Below are positions 7,906 to 17,820 of a stretch of DNA of 20,878 bases, piece after piece (the stretch's first letter is position 1; each line of letters begins with the position of its first letter). The notes beneath the pieces are model-generated. The model was not told the origin of the DNA, made no database searches, and was given only the letters and a program-made list of their open reading frames with translations. The stretch comes from Vulcanimicrobiaceae bacterium (lineage in GTDB: Bacteria; Vulcanimicrobiota; Vulcanimicrobiia; Vulcanimicrobiales; Vulcanimicrobiaceae): contig JBHEMM010000019.1 of the NCBI GenBank assembly GCA_046262595.1, forward strand, positions 24,197 to 45,074, in the 5' to 3' direction. A program made the position numbers and the translations under genes.

Positions 7906-7957
7906 GTTTCCACCGCATTTCCACAAGAAAGACGCGTTATTCACATGGTTATACACC
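7906..7957. promoter_or_regulatory. DnaA-box-like cluster upstream of the ncRNA-B promoter
   Basis: TTATTCACA 7937-7945 (perfect TTWTNCACA), ATTTCCACA 7917 (1 mismatch), TTATACACC 7949 (1), GTTTCCACC 7906 (2). Confidence 0.6.
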
Positions 7958-8376
7958 TGCTTGCTCTGTTGCTCGCTCAAAGCATGTTCGCCGGTCTTCC
8001 TGTCGACGGTATCCGATGCGATTCGATGGAAGGTGCGCTCGAACACATCCACGCGCATTTGAAAATTACGGATGGCGGCCGCGCGCTGGAAATCCCCTCG
8101 GGCATCGGGATTCCGCAGGGCGGCCAGTGCCTGTACTGGCTGCATACGCATTCGTCCGACGGCCTCGTGCACATCGAGTCGCCGCTGAAGAAGACGTTTA
8201 GGCTGGGGCAATTCTTCGACATCTGGGGGGAGCCGCTGAGCCGCACGCAGGCCGCAGGAGCGCATGCGTCGCGAGGCCACGCGCTGCGCGTGACCGTCAA
8301 CGGAAAAGCCTGGAAAGGCGACCCGCGCACCATTCCGTTACGTGACCATGAGGAGATCGTCATCAACGGCTCATAA
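7945..8376 (+). CDS. Secreted His/Cys-rich hypothetical protein, possibly metal-binding
   Basis: 143 aa. Short signal-like N-terminus and the motifs HIHAHL, IPSGIGI, CLYWLHTH, HIESP and LGQFFDIWG. Ends 9 bp before hutH. Confidence 0.75.
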   Translation: MVIHLLALLLAQSMFAGLPVDGIRCDSMEGALEHIHAHLKITDGGRALEIPSGIGIPQGGQCLYWLHTHSSDGLVHIESPLKKTFRLGQFFDIWGEPLSRTQAAGAHASRGHALRVTVNGKAWKGDPRTIPLRDHEEIVINGS

Positions 8377-8385
8377 GGTATCCGC

Positions 8386-9930
8386 ATGGCAACTACCGCC
8401 GCCGCCATCGAACTCGACGGCAAACACCTCACCCTGCAGGCGATCCGCGCCATCGCTCAAGACGGCGCAACCGTCGCGATCACCGCCGGCGCGCGAGCAC
8501 GCGTTGCCGCGGCGCGCGCGCTGGTCGACGAAAAATTCGGTTTAGGCGATGCGATTTACGGCGTGACGACCGGCTTCGGCCGCTTGGCGAACATTCGGGT
8601 CGAACCGCACGATGCAAACCTCCTCCAGCTCAACCTCGTGCGCAGCCACGCCGCCGGCACGGGCGAGCCGCTGAGCATTCCGCATGTCCGCGCCGCGGGC
8701 GTCCTGCGCGCTAGTTCGCTGGCGGCCGGTCACTCGGGGATCCGCGAGAGCACCCTCGATCTGCTCGTCGGGCTGCTCAACCGGGGCGTCACGCCCGTGG
8801 TTCCGCGCCAGGGATCCGTCGGCGCCAGCGGCGATCTGGCGCCCCTGGCGCACATGACGTTGACGCTTATCGGCGAGGGCGAAGCATTTTATCAAAGTGA
8901 GCGCATGCCGAGCGCCGTTGCGCTGCAGCGCGCGGGCCTGCAGCCGATCGAGCTGGGTGCAAAAGAAGGACTGGCGCTCGTAAACGGTACTGAGGTGATG
9001 ACCGGCATCGCCGCCTTGTGCCAGCTGCGCGCCGAACGCCTTTTGGCGAGCGCCGACGTGATCGGCGCCATGTCGCTCGAAGCGTTTTTAGGAACGGACC
9101 GCGTGTTCGACCGGCGCATCAACGCACTGCGTCCGCATCCGGGTCAAGCACGCGTCGCCGACAATCTTCGCGCATTGTTGAGCGGTTCTCAAATTATCGA
9201 ATCGCACCGCGAATGCGGACGCGTGCAAGATCCGTATTCGTACCGCTGCATTCCCGTGGTGCATGGCACCGTGCGCGACGCCGCGGCGCATGCGCGCCGC
9301 GTCATCGAAATTGAGGCAATCTCCGTTACCGATAACCCGCTGGTTTTCCCGGAAGACGGCGAATTTTTGAGCGGCGGCAACTTCCACGGCCAGCCCATCG
9401 CGCTCGCATCCGATCTGTTGAAAATTGCGCTTGCGGAACTGGCCGGTATCAGCGAACGGCGTCTCTATCTGCTGCTCAATGCGGAAGAGCGCGGCCTGCC
9501 GCTGTTTCTCACGGGACGCTCGGGCTTGCAGTCCGGCTTGATGATCGTGCAGTACACCTCGGCGGCACTCGTCTCGGAAAATAAAGGCCTGGCATGGCCG
9601 AACAGCGTCGATTCGATTCCCACCTCGGCCGGCCAAGAGGATCATGTGAGCATGGGCATGACGGCGGCGGTTCATTTGGACCGCGTGCTGGAGAACGTCG
9701 AAGGCTCGTTGGCCTGCGAGCTGCTCGGTGCGCTCGTTGCGACGGATTTTCGGCGTCCGCTCAAATCGGGCGCAGGAACGCAGGCCGCGTTCGACGTGGC
9801 GCGCGAACGCATTGCGCCCTGGAGCGACGACCGCATTCCGGCCCCGGATATCGAAGCCGCGCGAATGCTCATTCGTTCCGGCGCGATCGCACAGGCCGCG
9901 GAGTCGGCGATCGGAACGGAGCTCGTATGA
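8386..9930 (+). CDS. hutH: Histidine ammonia-lyase
   Basis: 514 aa. YGVTTGFG, the MIO-forming [12 protein letters not shown], the HAL-type RSH, KEGLAL and QEDHVSMG. Confidence 0.95.
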   Translation: MATTAAAIELDGKHLTLQAIRAIAQDGATVAITAGARARVAAARALVDEKFGLGDAIYGVTTGFGRLANIRVEPHDANLLQLNLVRSHAAGTGEPLSIPHVRAAGVLRASSLAAGHSGIRESTLDLLVGLLNRGVTPVVPRQGSVGASGDLAPLAHMTLTLIGEGEAFYQSERMPSAVALQRAGLQPIELGAKEGLALVNGTEVMTGIAALCQLRAERLLASADVIGAMSLEAFLGTDRVFDRRINALRPHPGQARVADNLRALLSGSQIIESHRECGRVQDPYSYRCIPVVHGTVRDAAAHARRVIEIEAISVTDNPLVFPEDGEFLSGGNFHGQPIALASDLLKIALAELAGISERRLYLLLNAEERGLPLFLTGRSGLQSGLMIVQYTSAALVSENKGLAWPNSVDSIPTSAGQEDHVSMGMTAAVHLDRVLENVEGSLACELLGALVATDFRRPLKSGAGTQAAFDVARERIAPWSDDRIPAPDIEAARMLIRSGAIAQAAESAIGTELV

Positions 9931-11579
9931 TTGCCAAACCTCGCGCGGTGCGCGCGCCGCACGGCGCGCATCTGAGCTGCCAAGGCTGGCCGCAAGAAGC
10001 GGCGATGCGCATGCTGATGAACAATTTGGATCCGGACGTTGCCGAACGTCCCGACGACTTGGTCGTGTACGGCGGTAACGGCCGCGCAGCACGCTCGTGG
10101 GACGCGTATGAGGCGATTATACGCACGCTGCGGCGCTTGCAGAACGACGAGACGCTGATCGTGCAAAGCGGCAAGCCGGTTGCAGTGTGGAAGACGCACG
10201 CGCGCGCGCCGCGCGTGCTCATCGCCAATTCGAATCTGGTGCCGAAATGGGCGGACTGGTCGATCTTCCGCGAACTCGAAGCGAACGGCCTCACGATGTA
10301 CGGCCAGATGACGGCGGGATCGTGGATCTACATCGGATCGCAAGGCATCGTGCAGGGAACGTACGAGACGTTTGCGGAGCTCGCGCGCCAGCACTACGGC
10401 GGCTCGCTCAAAGGACGCGTTGCGCTCACTGCCGGTTGCGGCGGCATGGGCGGCGCGCAGCCGCTGGCGATCACGATGAACGAAGGCATTTGCCTGATCG
10501 TGGACGTCGATCGCTCGCGTCTGGACCGCCGCGTTGAATTGCGTTATCTGGATAAAGTCGCGGACTCGCGCGAAGAAGCGCTGCGCGAAGTGCACGCCGC
10601 TCGCCGCGAAGGGCGTTCCGTTTCGATCGGATATGAAGGCAACGCCGGCGATGAGTTCTTGGCGCTCCATGCCGCCGGATTGCGTCCTGATGCCGTGACG
10701 GATCAAACCTCGTCGCACGACATGCTCAACGGCTACGTTCCCGCCGGCATGAGCCTGCAAGAGTGCGCCGCGCTGCGCGCGCAAGAGCCGGAGGAGTACG
10801 AGCGCCGCGCGTATGAGACGGTCGCGCGCCACGTGCGCGGCATGCTGGCATTTCTTAAAGACGGTGCGGTCGTTTTCGACTACGGCAACAATATTCGCGC
10901 GATGGCTCAGCGTGCCGGCGTGCAGAACGCGTTCGATTTCCCCGGCTTCGTACCCGCTTTCATCCGTCCGCTCTTTTGCAAAGGCAGCGGTCCGTTCCGC
11001 TTTGCAGCGCTCTCGGGCCATCCCCAGGACATCGCGCGGTGCGACCGCGAGCTGCTTGAGCTATTCCCGGACGACACGCACTTGCAACGTTGGATCACCA
11101 TGGCGCAGGAACGCATCGCTTTCCAAGGACTGCCGGCGCGCATCTGCTGGCTCGGCTACGGCGACCGCGCGAAGGCGGGATTGCGTTTCAACGAACTGGT
11201 GCGCTCGGGCGAGCTCCGCGCGCCGATCGTCATCGGACGCGACCATCTGGACACGGGAAGCGTCGCATCGCCGTACCGCGAAACCGAAGCGATGAAAGAC
11301 GGCAGCGACGCGATCGCGGATTGGCCGCTGCTCAACGCGCTGCTCAACACCGCTGCAGGTGCCCATTGGGTTTCGATCCACCACGGCGGGGGCGTCGGCA
11401 TCGGCTACAGCACGCACGCCGGAATGGTGGTCGTTGCCGACGGGTCGGAAGATGCGCGCGAACGCTTGGAGTGCGTGCTTGCAACGGATTGCGGCATGGG
11501 CGTGGTTCGTCATGCCGATGCCGGCTATGAGATCGCAGTCGAAACGGCGGACGAAAAACACATCGACTGGCGGCTGTGA
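9927..11579 (+). CDS. hutU: Urocanate hydratase
   Basis: 550 aa from ATG 9927 (ATGA overlap with the hutH stop). [37 protein letters not shown] and HHGGGVGIG. Confidence 0.97.
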   Translation: MIAKPRAVRAPHGAHLSCQGWPQEAAMRMLMNNLDPDVAERPDDLVVYGGNGRAARSWDAYEAIIRTLRRLQNDETLIVQSGKPVAVWKTHARAPRVLIANSNLVPKWADWSIFRELEANGLTMYGQMTAGSWIYIGSQGIVQGTYETFAELARQHYGGSLKGRVALTAGCGGMGGAQPLAITMNEGICLIVDVDRSRLDRRVELRYLDKVADSREEALREVHAARREGRSVSIGYEGNAGDEFLALHAAGLRPDAVTDQTSSHDMLNGYVPAGMSLQECAALRAQEPEEYERRAYETVARHVRGMLAFLKDGAVVFDYGNNIRAMAQRAGVQNAFDFPGFVPAFIRPLFCKGSGPFRFAALSGHPQDIARCDRELLELFPDDTHLQRWITMAQERIAFQGLPARICWLGYGDRAKAGLRFNELVRSGELRAPIVIGRDHLDTGSVASPYRETEAMKDGSDAIADWPLLNALLNTAAGAHWVSIHHGGGVGIGYSTHAGMVVVADGSEDARERLECVLATDCGMGVVRHADAGYEIAVETADEKHIDWRL

Positions 11580-12829
11580 GCGCACCGCTTCTCGTCCTGG
11601 CCGGCACGATCGTCACCTGCGATACGGATGCCCCGCAGAACGGCGTGACATTCGAGGACCTGAACACCATACGGGATGGGGCGCTGCTGTGTTCGGGCGG
11701 AACGATCGACGCAATCGGTCCCCGAGCGGACATCGAGCCGCTCGTGAATGCGGCGCGCGAGCGCTACCGTATCGACGTCGCGGATTTTCGCGACTGCATT
11801 CTGGTCCCGGGCTTTGTGGACGCGCATGCGCACCCGCTCTTTGCCGGCGATCGGGAAGCGGATTTCGCGGCGCGCGTTGCCGGGCAGAAGCCGCCGCTGG
11901 GAATGCTTTATACCGTCGAGCGCACGCGCGAAGCGCTCGATGACGAGGGCGCCTTCGAGCGCACGATACTCAGCCGCCTGAGCGCTATCGCAGCGCACGG
12001 CACGACGACGCTTGAAACGAAAACCGGCTACGCGCTGCATAAACCGGGCGAGATGCAGCTGCTTGACCTGATCGCGCGCTGCAACGACGACGCACAGCTG
12101 CCGGGTACGCGCGTGCTGCCGCGTTTGATCGCCACGTTTTTAGGCGCGCATACGCTGCCGCCGGAGTTTTCCACGGAAAAGGACTATGTCGATTATCTGA
12201 TCGATCAGTGCTTGCCGTTCGCAAAGGCGCACGGCGCCGTCTACGCGGACGCTTTCTGCGAGCCGGGCTTCTTTTCGCCCGGACAGACGCGGCGCTACCT
12301 GGAAGCGGCGCGGGCGAACGGGCTGCGCCTGCGCGTCCACTGTGACGAGATGCAGTACGGCGGCGCGGCCGGGATGGCTGTCGTTACCGGTGTCGACGCT
12401 GTGGATCACTGCAACTGCATCCGCGAGGCAGACGTGCGCGCCATCGCGCAGAGCGGCACCATCACCGTCGCTTGCCCCGCGACCATCGCGTACCTCGATT
12501 TGCCGCAGCGCACTCCCGTGCGCGATTTGCTGCAGGCCGGCGGCTGTGTCGCCTTGGGCAGCGATTACAACCCGGGCACGTCACCGTGCTTCAACCTGCA
12601 GACCGTCGCATACTTCGGCCGTGCGCTCTTCGGTCTAACGGCCGCCGAGGCGCTCTACGGCGTCACCATTGCCGCCGCTGCATCGCTGCACGCAAATGCG
12701 GGCGTGCTGCGCAGCGGCGGTCCCGCCGATTTTGTCGCATTAGAGCTCGATTCGCCCTCGCAGTTCGGCTGGACGTTCGGAGGCAATCTGGCGCGCAGCG
12801 TGTACGTTGCCGGCCGCCGGGCGGAGTAG
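11576..12829 (+). CDS. hutI: Imidazolonepropionase
   Basis: 417 aa with a GTGA overlap. PGFVDAHAH metal motif, [22 protein letters not shown] and SDYNPGTSP. Confidence 0.9.
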   Translation: MSAPLLVLAGTIVTCDTDAPQNGVTFEDLNTIRDGALLCSGGTIDAIGPRADIEPLVNAARERYRIDVADFRDCILVPGFVDAHAHPLFAGDREADFAARVAGQKPPLGMLYTVERTREALDDEGAFERTILSRLSAIAAHGTTTLETKTGYALHKPGEMQLLDLIARCNDDAQLPGTRVLPRLIATFLGAHTLPPEFSTEKDYVDYLIDQCLPFAKAHGAVYADAFCEPGFFSPGQTRRYLEAARANGLRLRVHCDEMQYGGAAGMAVVTGVDAVDHCNCIREADVRAIAQSGTITVACPATIAYLDLPQRTPVRDLLQAGGCVALGSDYNPGTSPCFNLQTVAYFGRALFGLTAAEALYGVTIAAAASLHANAGVLRSGGPADFVALELDSPSQFGWTFGGNLARSVYVAGRRAE

Positions 12830-14115
12830 TGGAACTGTTCCGTTGCGCGCGGGCGATTGCCGGCGGAAACGAACAGCGCGACTTCGCCTTCGCCGTCGAG
12901 GGCGCACGCATCACGGCGGCAGGGCCGGCGCCGCAGTTGCAGGCGCAATTTCCTGAAGCGCGGATCACGGCATTCGCGCAAGACGTGCTCGTGGTTCCAG
13001 GCTTTATCAACGGGCACAGCCACGCGTATCAGATACTTTTACGCGGTTGGGCCGACGATCTGCCGTTCGAGCGCTGGCGCAGCGATGCGCTGTATACCGT
13101 CATCCCGGGACTTACGCCCGACGAAGTGTATTGGACGTTTCGCTTGGCGTTCGATGAAATGCTGGCCGCCGGCATAACCACGGTTGCCGAGTTTTTCTAT
13201 TTGAATGGCGCGGGCAACGCACATGCGGAGCGCGCGATTCAAGCGGCAAGCGACAGCGGGATCCGCTTGATGTTCGCGCGGGCGTGGATGGACGCCGCAT
13301 CCGCGCCCGCCGCCTTCCGCGAAACTCCGGCGCTCGCAGCGCAGCGCACGGCCGAACTGATGGAATCGTTTCCCGGCATCGACATCTGCATCGCGCCGCA
13401 TTCGCTGCATGCGGCCTCGCCGGAGATGCTGCGCGCCGCGGCGGCGTTCGCGCGCGAGCGCGGCTGCATGATGCACGTGCATGCGGCGGAAGCGCCGTAC
13501 GAGGGCGCGCAGACGCTCGAACGTTTCGGCGCAACACCGGTCACGCTGCTCGACCGGCTCGGCGCGCTGAACGAACGCAGCGTGGTGATCCATGCGATCC
13601 ACGTTTCCGATGCGGAAAAGGATTTGCTCGCGGCCTGCGGCGCGCGCGTCATCCACAATCCCATGACGAACCAATATTTGGGCGACGGGATCTGCGACGT
13701 TTCGAAATTGCTCGCGCTGGGCGTACCGGTCGGCCTGGGCACCGATGCCGATGTCAAGCCCTCGCTGTTCGAGGAGATGCGCGCCGCCTCGCTGCTGCAG
13801 AAGATCGCGCGCTTGGACGGCAGCGCGCTGGGCGCCGCGGCCGCCTACGGTTTGGGAACGGCGCAGGGCGCTCGCGCGCTCGCGGTAGACGCCGGGGATC
13901 TGCGTGCGGGCGCCTTCGCCGATTTTGCGCTCATCGAGACGCGAGGCATCGACGCGTGGACCCCCGCGGTCAATGCGCTGGTGTACCGCGCCGAGAACAG
14001 CTGGGTTCGCGAAACGTTCGTCGGCGGACGCCGCGTGCGCGTTCGTTCCGCGGCTCCGCCGCAGCAGGCGCGGGAAGCGCTCGCGCCAATCTACGGGCGT
14101 CTACAATTGAAGTAA
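12829..14115 (+). CDS. Metal-dependent amidohydrolase, probable formimidoylglutamate deiminase (HutF-like)
   Basis: 428 aa from GTG 12829, overlapping the hutI stop. PGFINGHSHAYQ, AGITTVAEFFY, APHSL, HVHAAE and GLGTD. Position in the hut operon supports the call. Confidence 0.75.
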   Translation: MELFRCARAIAGGNEQRDFAFAVEGARITAAGPAPQLQAQFPEARITAFAQDVLVVPGFINGHSHAYQILLRGWADDLPFERWRSDALYTVIPGLTPDEVYWTFRLAFDEMLAAGITTVAEFFYLNGAGNAHAERAIQAASDSGIRLMFARAWMDAASAPAAFRETPALAAQRTAELMESFPGIDICIAPHSLHAASPEMLRAAAAFARERGCMMHVHAAEAPYEGAQTLERFGATPVTLLDRLGALNERSVVIHAIHVSDAEKDLLAACGARVIHNPMTNQYLGDGICDVSKLLALGVPVGLGTDADVKPSLFEEMRAASLLQKIARLDGSALGAAAAYGLGTAQGARALAVDAGDLRAGAFADFALIETRGIDAWTPAVNALVYRAENSWVRETFVGGRRVRVRSAAPPQQAREALAPIYGRLQLK

Positions 14116-14199
14116 GCCGCACGTCCTGTGCGACCTACTTTCTCTGCCCACGACCTACGTTGTACCCGCTGCATTTTCAAGCAAACGCCTTCCCGACGC

Positions 14200-14994
14200 C
14201 TAGATCAGTATTCGCACGGAACGCATAAAATCGCCAAAGCGGGCATCGTGCGCATCGCTGGACGGCGTTGCGGTATAAACGACCAAGACGAACGAGCGGC
14301 CATCGCACAGCTGCAAAATTCCGCCGTCGTGCGCCACCTCATCGGTGTCGCCGGTCTTATGGGCAAACCGGTCGCCTGGCTGCAAGCCGCGCGAAAGTTT
14401 GGTGTTCCACTCCTGGCGCGAGAGCAGCTCACGGAGTTCGGCCGCGTGCGGCACCGCGTCGCGCGCGATCAACTCGAAGACGCGGGCGGCATCGCGCAGC
14501 GAGTGGCGGTTCATCAGGACGCCATCCCACTGCGGATCGGGGATTAGCGGCTCGGCTCCGGAGAGTTTGCGGCGGAACGCGGTTGCGCCCAACGCGAAGC
14601 GCTCGCGCAGAATGCCGGAGGCGCGCTTACGGCCGGCAAGATCGTAGAGAATATTCGTGGCGACGTTGTCCGAGCGTGTTATGGCGAGTTCGATGAGCTC
14701 ACCGACATGCGCGCGGTAGCCGGGCACGAGCGGTGACGGCTTGTCGTTCTGCGTCATATTGTCGGCCGTGACGCTAACAGGCGCCTCGAGCGAGAGGACG
14801 CCATCATCGGCCAAGGCAAAGACGGCAAGGGCAAGCGGCGTTTTGAGCATGCTCGCGGGATAGATCTCGCGGTCCGGGTCGCCCCAGATGACGTCCGCGC
14901 CGGGCCGCGGGCCGTCAAGAGCCCGCAACAGCACGGCGGCCTGCCGCAGGCCGCAGGCGCCTGCCAGCCGCTCGAAGTCCGTTGATGTAACCAT
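14200..14994 (-). CDS. Class A beta-lactamase-related serine hydrolase
   Basis: SxxK (ASMLK), SDN and KTG motifs. Start chosen at ATG 14994 (264 aa) but uncertain. No clear signal peptide. Confidence 0.8.
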   Translation of the reverse strand: MVTSTDFERLAGACGLRQAAVLLRALDGPRPGADVIWGDPDREIYPASMLKTPLALAVFALADDGVLSLEAPVSVTADNMTQNDKPSPLVPGYRAHVGELIELAITRSDNVATNILYDLAGRKRASGILRERFALGATAFRRKLSGAEPLIPDPQWDGVLMNRHSLRDAARVFELIARDAVPHAAELRELLSRQEWNTKLSRGLQPGDRFAHKTGDTDEVAHDGGILQLCDGRSFVLVVYTATPSSDAHDARFGDFMRSVRILI

Positions 14995-15014
14995 TGCCGG
15001 GCTTTCGCCGTTAC

Positions 15015-15079
15015 GCAAGTAAGTACTTGCATTCGCCGCGGCGGCGTGGTACGCTCGGCGTGCAAGTACGTACTTGCAC
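15015..15079 (+). promoter_or_regulatory. Promoter with two palindromic operators, probably for the TetR at 15746
   Basis: GCAAGTA-AG-TACTTGC (15015-15030) and the perfect 20-bp palindrome GTGCAAGTACGTACTTGCAC (15060-15079) flank TTGCAT (15027-15032)-N17-TACGCT (15050-15055, extended TG). Confidence 0.8.
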
Positions 15080-15101
15080 CGCTTAGAGGACCCGACCATC
15101 C

Positions 15102-15743
15102 ATGCTTCGCATTTTTTTCGCCCTCACCGTTGCCATGGCGGCTTTAACCGCAGCAAGCCCACGGCCTGCGCCCGACGCGCAAAGCATCATGCACGCGATC
15201 GACGCACGCAATGCGTCGTTGACCACGTTCCAAACGCGCGTTCACGTGAATCTGCGACTGCTCAGTTTCCCGTGGCTCTTTTCGAACCTCGAGGGGACCG
15301 AGTATTTTAAGCGGCCGGACAAACACGGTGTGGTCTTCGACCGTGCGCCGTCGTATGCGCGCGGCATCAACTCGCTTTTCGGCGCCGTCGATGAGCCTTC
15401 GGAGTGGCGCAAAGACAGCAACGTTGTTTTTCTGGGAACCCGCCGCATCGCCGGAAAGCCCGCTCTGGTCCTTCGTATGACCAAAAAAGTCTACAGCGAT
15501 CAGGTTAAGGACACGATCGCGTACGTCGATCCGCGGTCGTATGAGGTCACGCGCATGGATTTCAACTACACCAATGGCGATGCGATAACGATGACGCAGA
15601 CGTACAAAAATCAAGGACCCTACAGCGTGGTGACCTCGCGGCATCTGGAGATCAAGCGCCACGTGCGCGCCGTCGCCGACGCCACCTATGCGGCCTATCA
15701 GACGAACGTTGCCATCAGCGACACCGTGTTCGAGAAGAAGTAG
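15102..15743 (+). CDS. Secreted LolA-like / lipoprotein-sorting fold protein
   Basis: 213 aa. Signal peptide, beta-rich body and the LolA-like C-terminal motif YQTNVAISDTVF. RBS AGAGGA. Confidence 0.65.
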   Translation: MLRIFFALTVAMAALTAASPRPAPDAQSIMHAIDARNASLTTFQTRVHVNLRLLSFPWLFSNLEGTEYFKRPDKHGVVFDRAPSYARGINSLFGAVDEPSEWRKDSNVVFLGTRRIAGKPALVLRMTKKVYSDQVKDTIAYVDPRSYEVTRMDFNYTNGDAITMTQTYKNQGPYSVVTSRHLEIKRHVRAVADATYAAYQTNVAISDTVFEKK

Positions 15744-15745
15744 CG

Positions 15746-16348
15746 ATGCTGCCGCAAACCGCCCCCGCGCGTTCGAGCCCTGAGGAAACGCGCTGCCGCA
15801 TTCTCGCGGCCACGCGCGCGCTTTTCGCAAAAAAAGGCCGACGCGGAACGACGACGCGCGAGATAGCCGAACTTGCCGGTGTCAACGAAGCGACGCTCTT
15901 CCGGCACTTCGGCCACAAGGACACGCTCATCGAAGCGTGCGCCCAGCACTACTGCCAAGCCGAACACTTGCAAGAGTTCATTCAGAACCTCACGGGCGAC
16001 ATCGAGTCGGACTTGCATGCGATTGCGCAAGCGCTTTACGAGCGGCTCAATCAAGTGCGCGACATGATCGTTATGTCGCTCGCCGAAGAGGAGGCCGATT
16101 CGGCGGTCGAGACGGCCGCGTGGCGGGCCCCCATGGCCATTCACACGATGGTGCGCGACTACATGACGCGCCGAGTGGAGAACGGCGAGCTGCAAGGCGA
16201 CCCGTTGCTGATGACCCGGCTCTTTCTGGGCATGATTTTTGCGCGCGTGATCGGGCGCAAGAAGTTTCCCGACGAGCAATACACACAGAACGATCTCATC
16301 GATTTTCAAGTCAACGTCTTTTTGAACGGCGTAAGGAAGAAGAAGTAA
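15746..16348 (+). CDS. TetR/AcrR family transcriptional regulator
   Basis: 200 aa. HTH signature ILAATRALFAKKG..GTTTREIAELAGVNEATLFRHFGHKDTL. Confidence 0.93.
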   Translation: MLPQTAPARSSPEETRCRILAATRALFAKKGRRGTTTREIAELAGVNEATLFRHFGHKDTLIEACAQHYCQAEHLQEFIQNLTGDIESDLHAIAQALYERLNQVRDMIVMSLAEEEADSAVETAAWRAPMAIHTMVRDYMTRRVENGELQGDPLLMTRLFLGMIFARVIGRKKFPDEQYTQNDLIDFQVNVFLNGVRKKK

Positions 16349-17610
16349 TGGATACGCGCGAACGCGAGCAAACGGCAAGCTCCGGCGAAGTCGATGCTGC
16401 GCCCCCGCAAGAAGACACCCTGATCGAAGAAGGCAGCGCAAAGCGGCCGGGACGCCCGATCGTTTGGATTATCGCGGCGGCCGCCGTCGTTCTGCTGCTG
16501 CTCTTCTGGGGTGTTCCGTATTTGAAATACGCCCGTTCGCATCAGAGCACGGACGATGCGCGCGTGGATGCAAGCGTGGTGGCGGTGACGAGTAAGATCA
16601 ACGAGCGTATCACCTCGATCTTGGTGGACACCGATCAGCGCGTGCGCAAAGGCGAGCTCGTTGTCGCCTTGGACAACGTGACGGAGCGCGCCGCAGTGGA
16701 TCAAGCGCGCGCAAATCTACAGTTTGCGCTCGAGAATCAGTCGGCGGGCGTTACGCAAGGAAGCGGCGGCATCGCGCAGGCGCAGGCGCAAGTCCAAAAC
16801 GCGGGGGCGCAGGTGCCCGAAGCGCAGGCCGGCGTGGCCGCCGCCCAGGCGCAGGTTGCACAAGCGCGCGCGGCACTGCCGGGCGCGCGTCAAGCGGTGG
16901 CCAACGCTCAAGCGAATTTGGCGCGCTCGCAGTCGCTGGTGCGAACCGGCGACGTCGCACGATCGCAGCTCGACGCCGCGCAAGCGCAGTACGAACAGGC
17001 CGTCTCTCAATACAACGCCGCGCAGCAAGCCGTCACCGTCGCGCAGGCCAATGTGGACTCCGCAGCGCAGCACATCGGCGCCGCGCAAGCCGGAGTTGCC
17101 GCGGCCCAAGGCGGCGTGACGACCGCGCAGGGCAAACTGAGCCAGGCGCAGGCGCCGGCGCAGATCGCCTCGCAGCGGGCGGCGCTCGCGATTGCGGAGC
17201 AGAATCTGCGCTATACGAAGATTTATTCGCCTATCGACGGTTTCGTGGGCGAGAAAAGCGTGGAATTGGGGCAAGTCGTTCAACCCGGTAACACGCTCAT
17301 GACGCTGGTGCCGAACCGCGTTTTCATTACGGCCAACTTCAAGGAAACGCAAGTCGGCAGCATGCGCCCCGGACAGCCGGTCGACATCAAGGTGGACGCT
17401 TATAAAGGCATGACGTTCCACGGGAAGGTGGACTCGGTCAATCCCGCCTCGCAAAACACGTATGCCCTCGTTCCAGCGCAAAACGCAACGGGGAACTTCG
17501 TGAAAGTCACGCAGCGCATTCCCGTGAAAATCGTCTTCACGGGTACGGATTTCAACAAATATCCGATGCGCCCGGGCATGTCGGTCGAAACGTCGGTCCT
17601 CGTAAAGTAA
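16348..17610 (+). CDS. HlyD/EmrA family efflux membrane-fusion protein
   Basis: 420 aa from ATG 16348 (TAATG overlap). Single TM helix, STDDARV, an AQA-rich coiled coil, ANFKETQ and PAQNATGNFVKVTQRIPVKI. Confidence 0.92.
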   Translation: MDTREREQTASSGEVDAAPPQEDTLIEEGSAKRPGRPIVWIIAAAAVVLLLLFWGVPYLKYARSHQSTDDARVDASVVAVTSKINERITSILVDTDQRVRKGELVVALDNVTERAAVDQARANLQFALENQSAGVTQGSGGIAQAQAQVQNAGAQVPEAQAGVAAAQAQVAQARAALPGARQAVANAQANLARSQSLVRTGDVARSQLDAAQAQYEQAVSQYNAAQQAVTVAQANVDSAAQHIGAAQAGVAAAQGGVTTAQGKLSQAQAPAQIASQRAALAIAEQNLRYTKIYSPIDGFVGEKSVELGQVVQPGNTLMTLVPNRVFITANFKETQVGSMRPGQPVDIKVDAYKGMTFHGKVDSVNPASQNTYALVPAQNATGNFVKVTQRIPVKIVFTGTDFNKYPMRPGMSVETSVLVK

Positions 17611-17620
17611 ATGTACCACG

Positions 17621-17812
17621 ATGCTCGAAATGATCCACACGGCGATCGCCAACGTCGTGTCTCCTAACCTGCACGCATTCGTCACGCAACAGGCATACGT
17701 GCTTTCTTCTGCCGGCACGCGACGGCTGACTGCCGTCCTCTGCCTGGTGCTCGCGCTTCTCGTCATCATCATGCGCCGCGCGCGCACCGCCGCCGCCGTC
17801 GCGGCGGGATAG
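17621..17812 (+). pseudogene. Internally deleted remnant of an EmrB/QacA (DHA2) MFS transporter
   Basis: 63 aa. The N-part MLEMIHTAIANVVSPN resembles the EmrB TM1 motif (M.E..DT.I.NV.LP). The C-part TQQAYVLS...LTAVLCLVLALLVIIMRR resembles the EmrB last TM. It sits in the emrB slot between emrA-like and tolC-like genes. Confidence 0.65.
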
Positions 17813-17820
17813 GAGTCCAC

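Noticed and set aside
7293..7944. CRISPR array, tRNA or cis-acting riboswitch
   Set aside because: There are no near-identical repeats with spacers, no cas genes and no cloverleaf. Each unit has its own promoter and terminator with no downstream CDS on its strand.
7550..7957. Chromosomal oriC
   Set aside because: No dnaA, dnaN, gidA or similar gene nearby and no clear AT-rich unwinding element. The boxes track the promoters instead. It cannot be fully excluded without GC skew.
14131..14158. CGACCTAC repeated twice, 20 bp apart, between convergent genes
   Set aside because: Only two 8-mers with no promoter context; compatible with chance.
14200..14994. True antibiotic-resistance beta-lactamase
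   Set aside because: SxxK/SDN/KTG are present, but there is no signal peptide and no clear omega-loop ExxLN, so only a family-level call is supported.
9594..16347. Long N-terminal extensions of hutU (9594), the amidohydrolase (12472) and emrA (15937) in the ORF track
   Set aside because: They overlap real upstream genes. Better starts overlap the previous stops at 9927, 12829 and 16348.
16740..17200. GCGCAGGC / AQA-type repeats in the emrA-like gene
   Set aside because: Ordinary coiled-coil coding repeats of membrane-fusion proteins.
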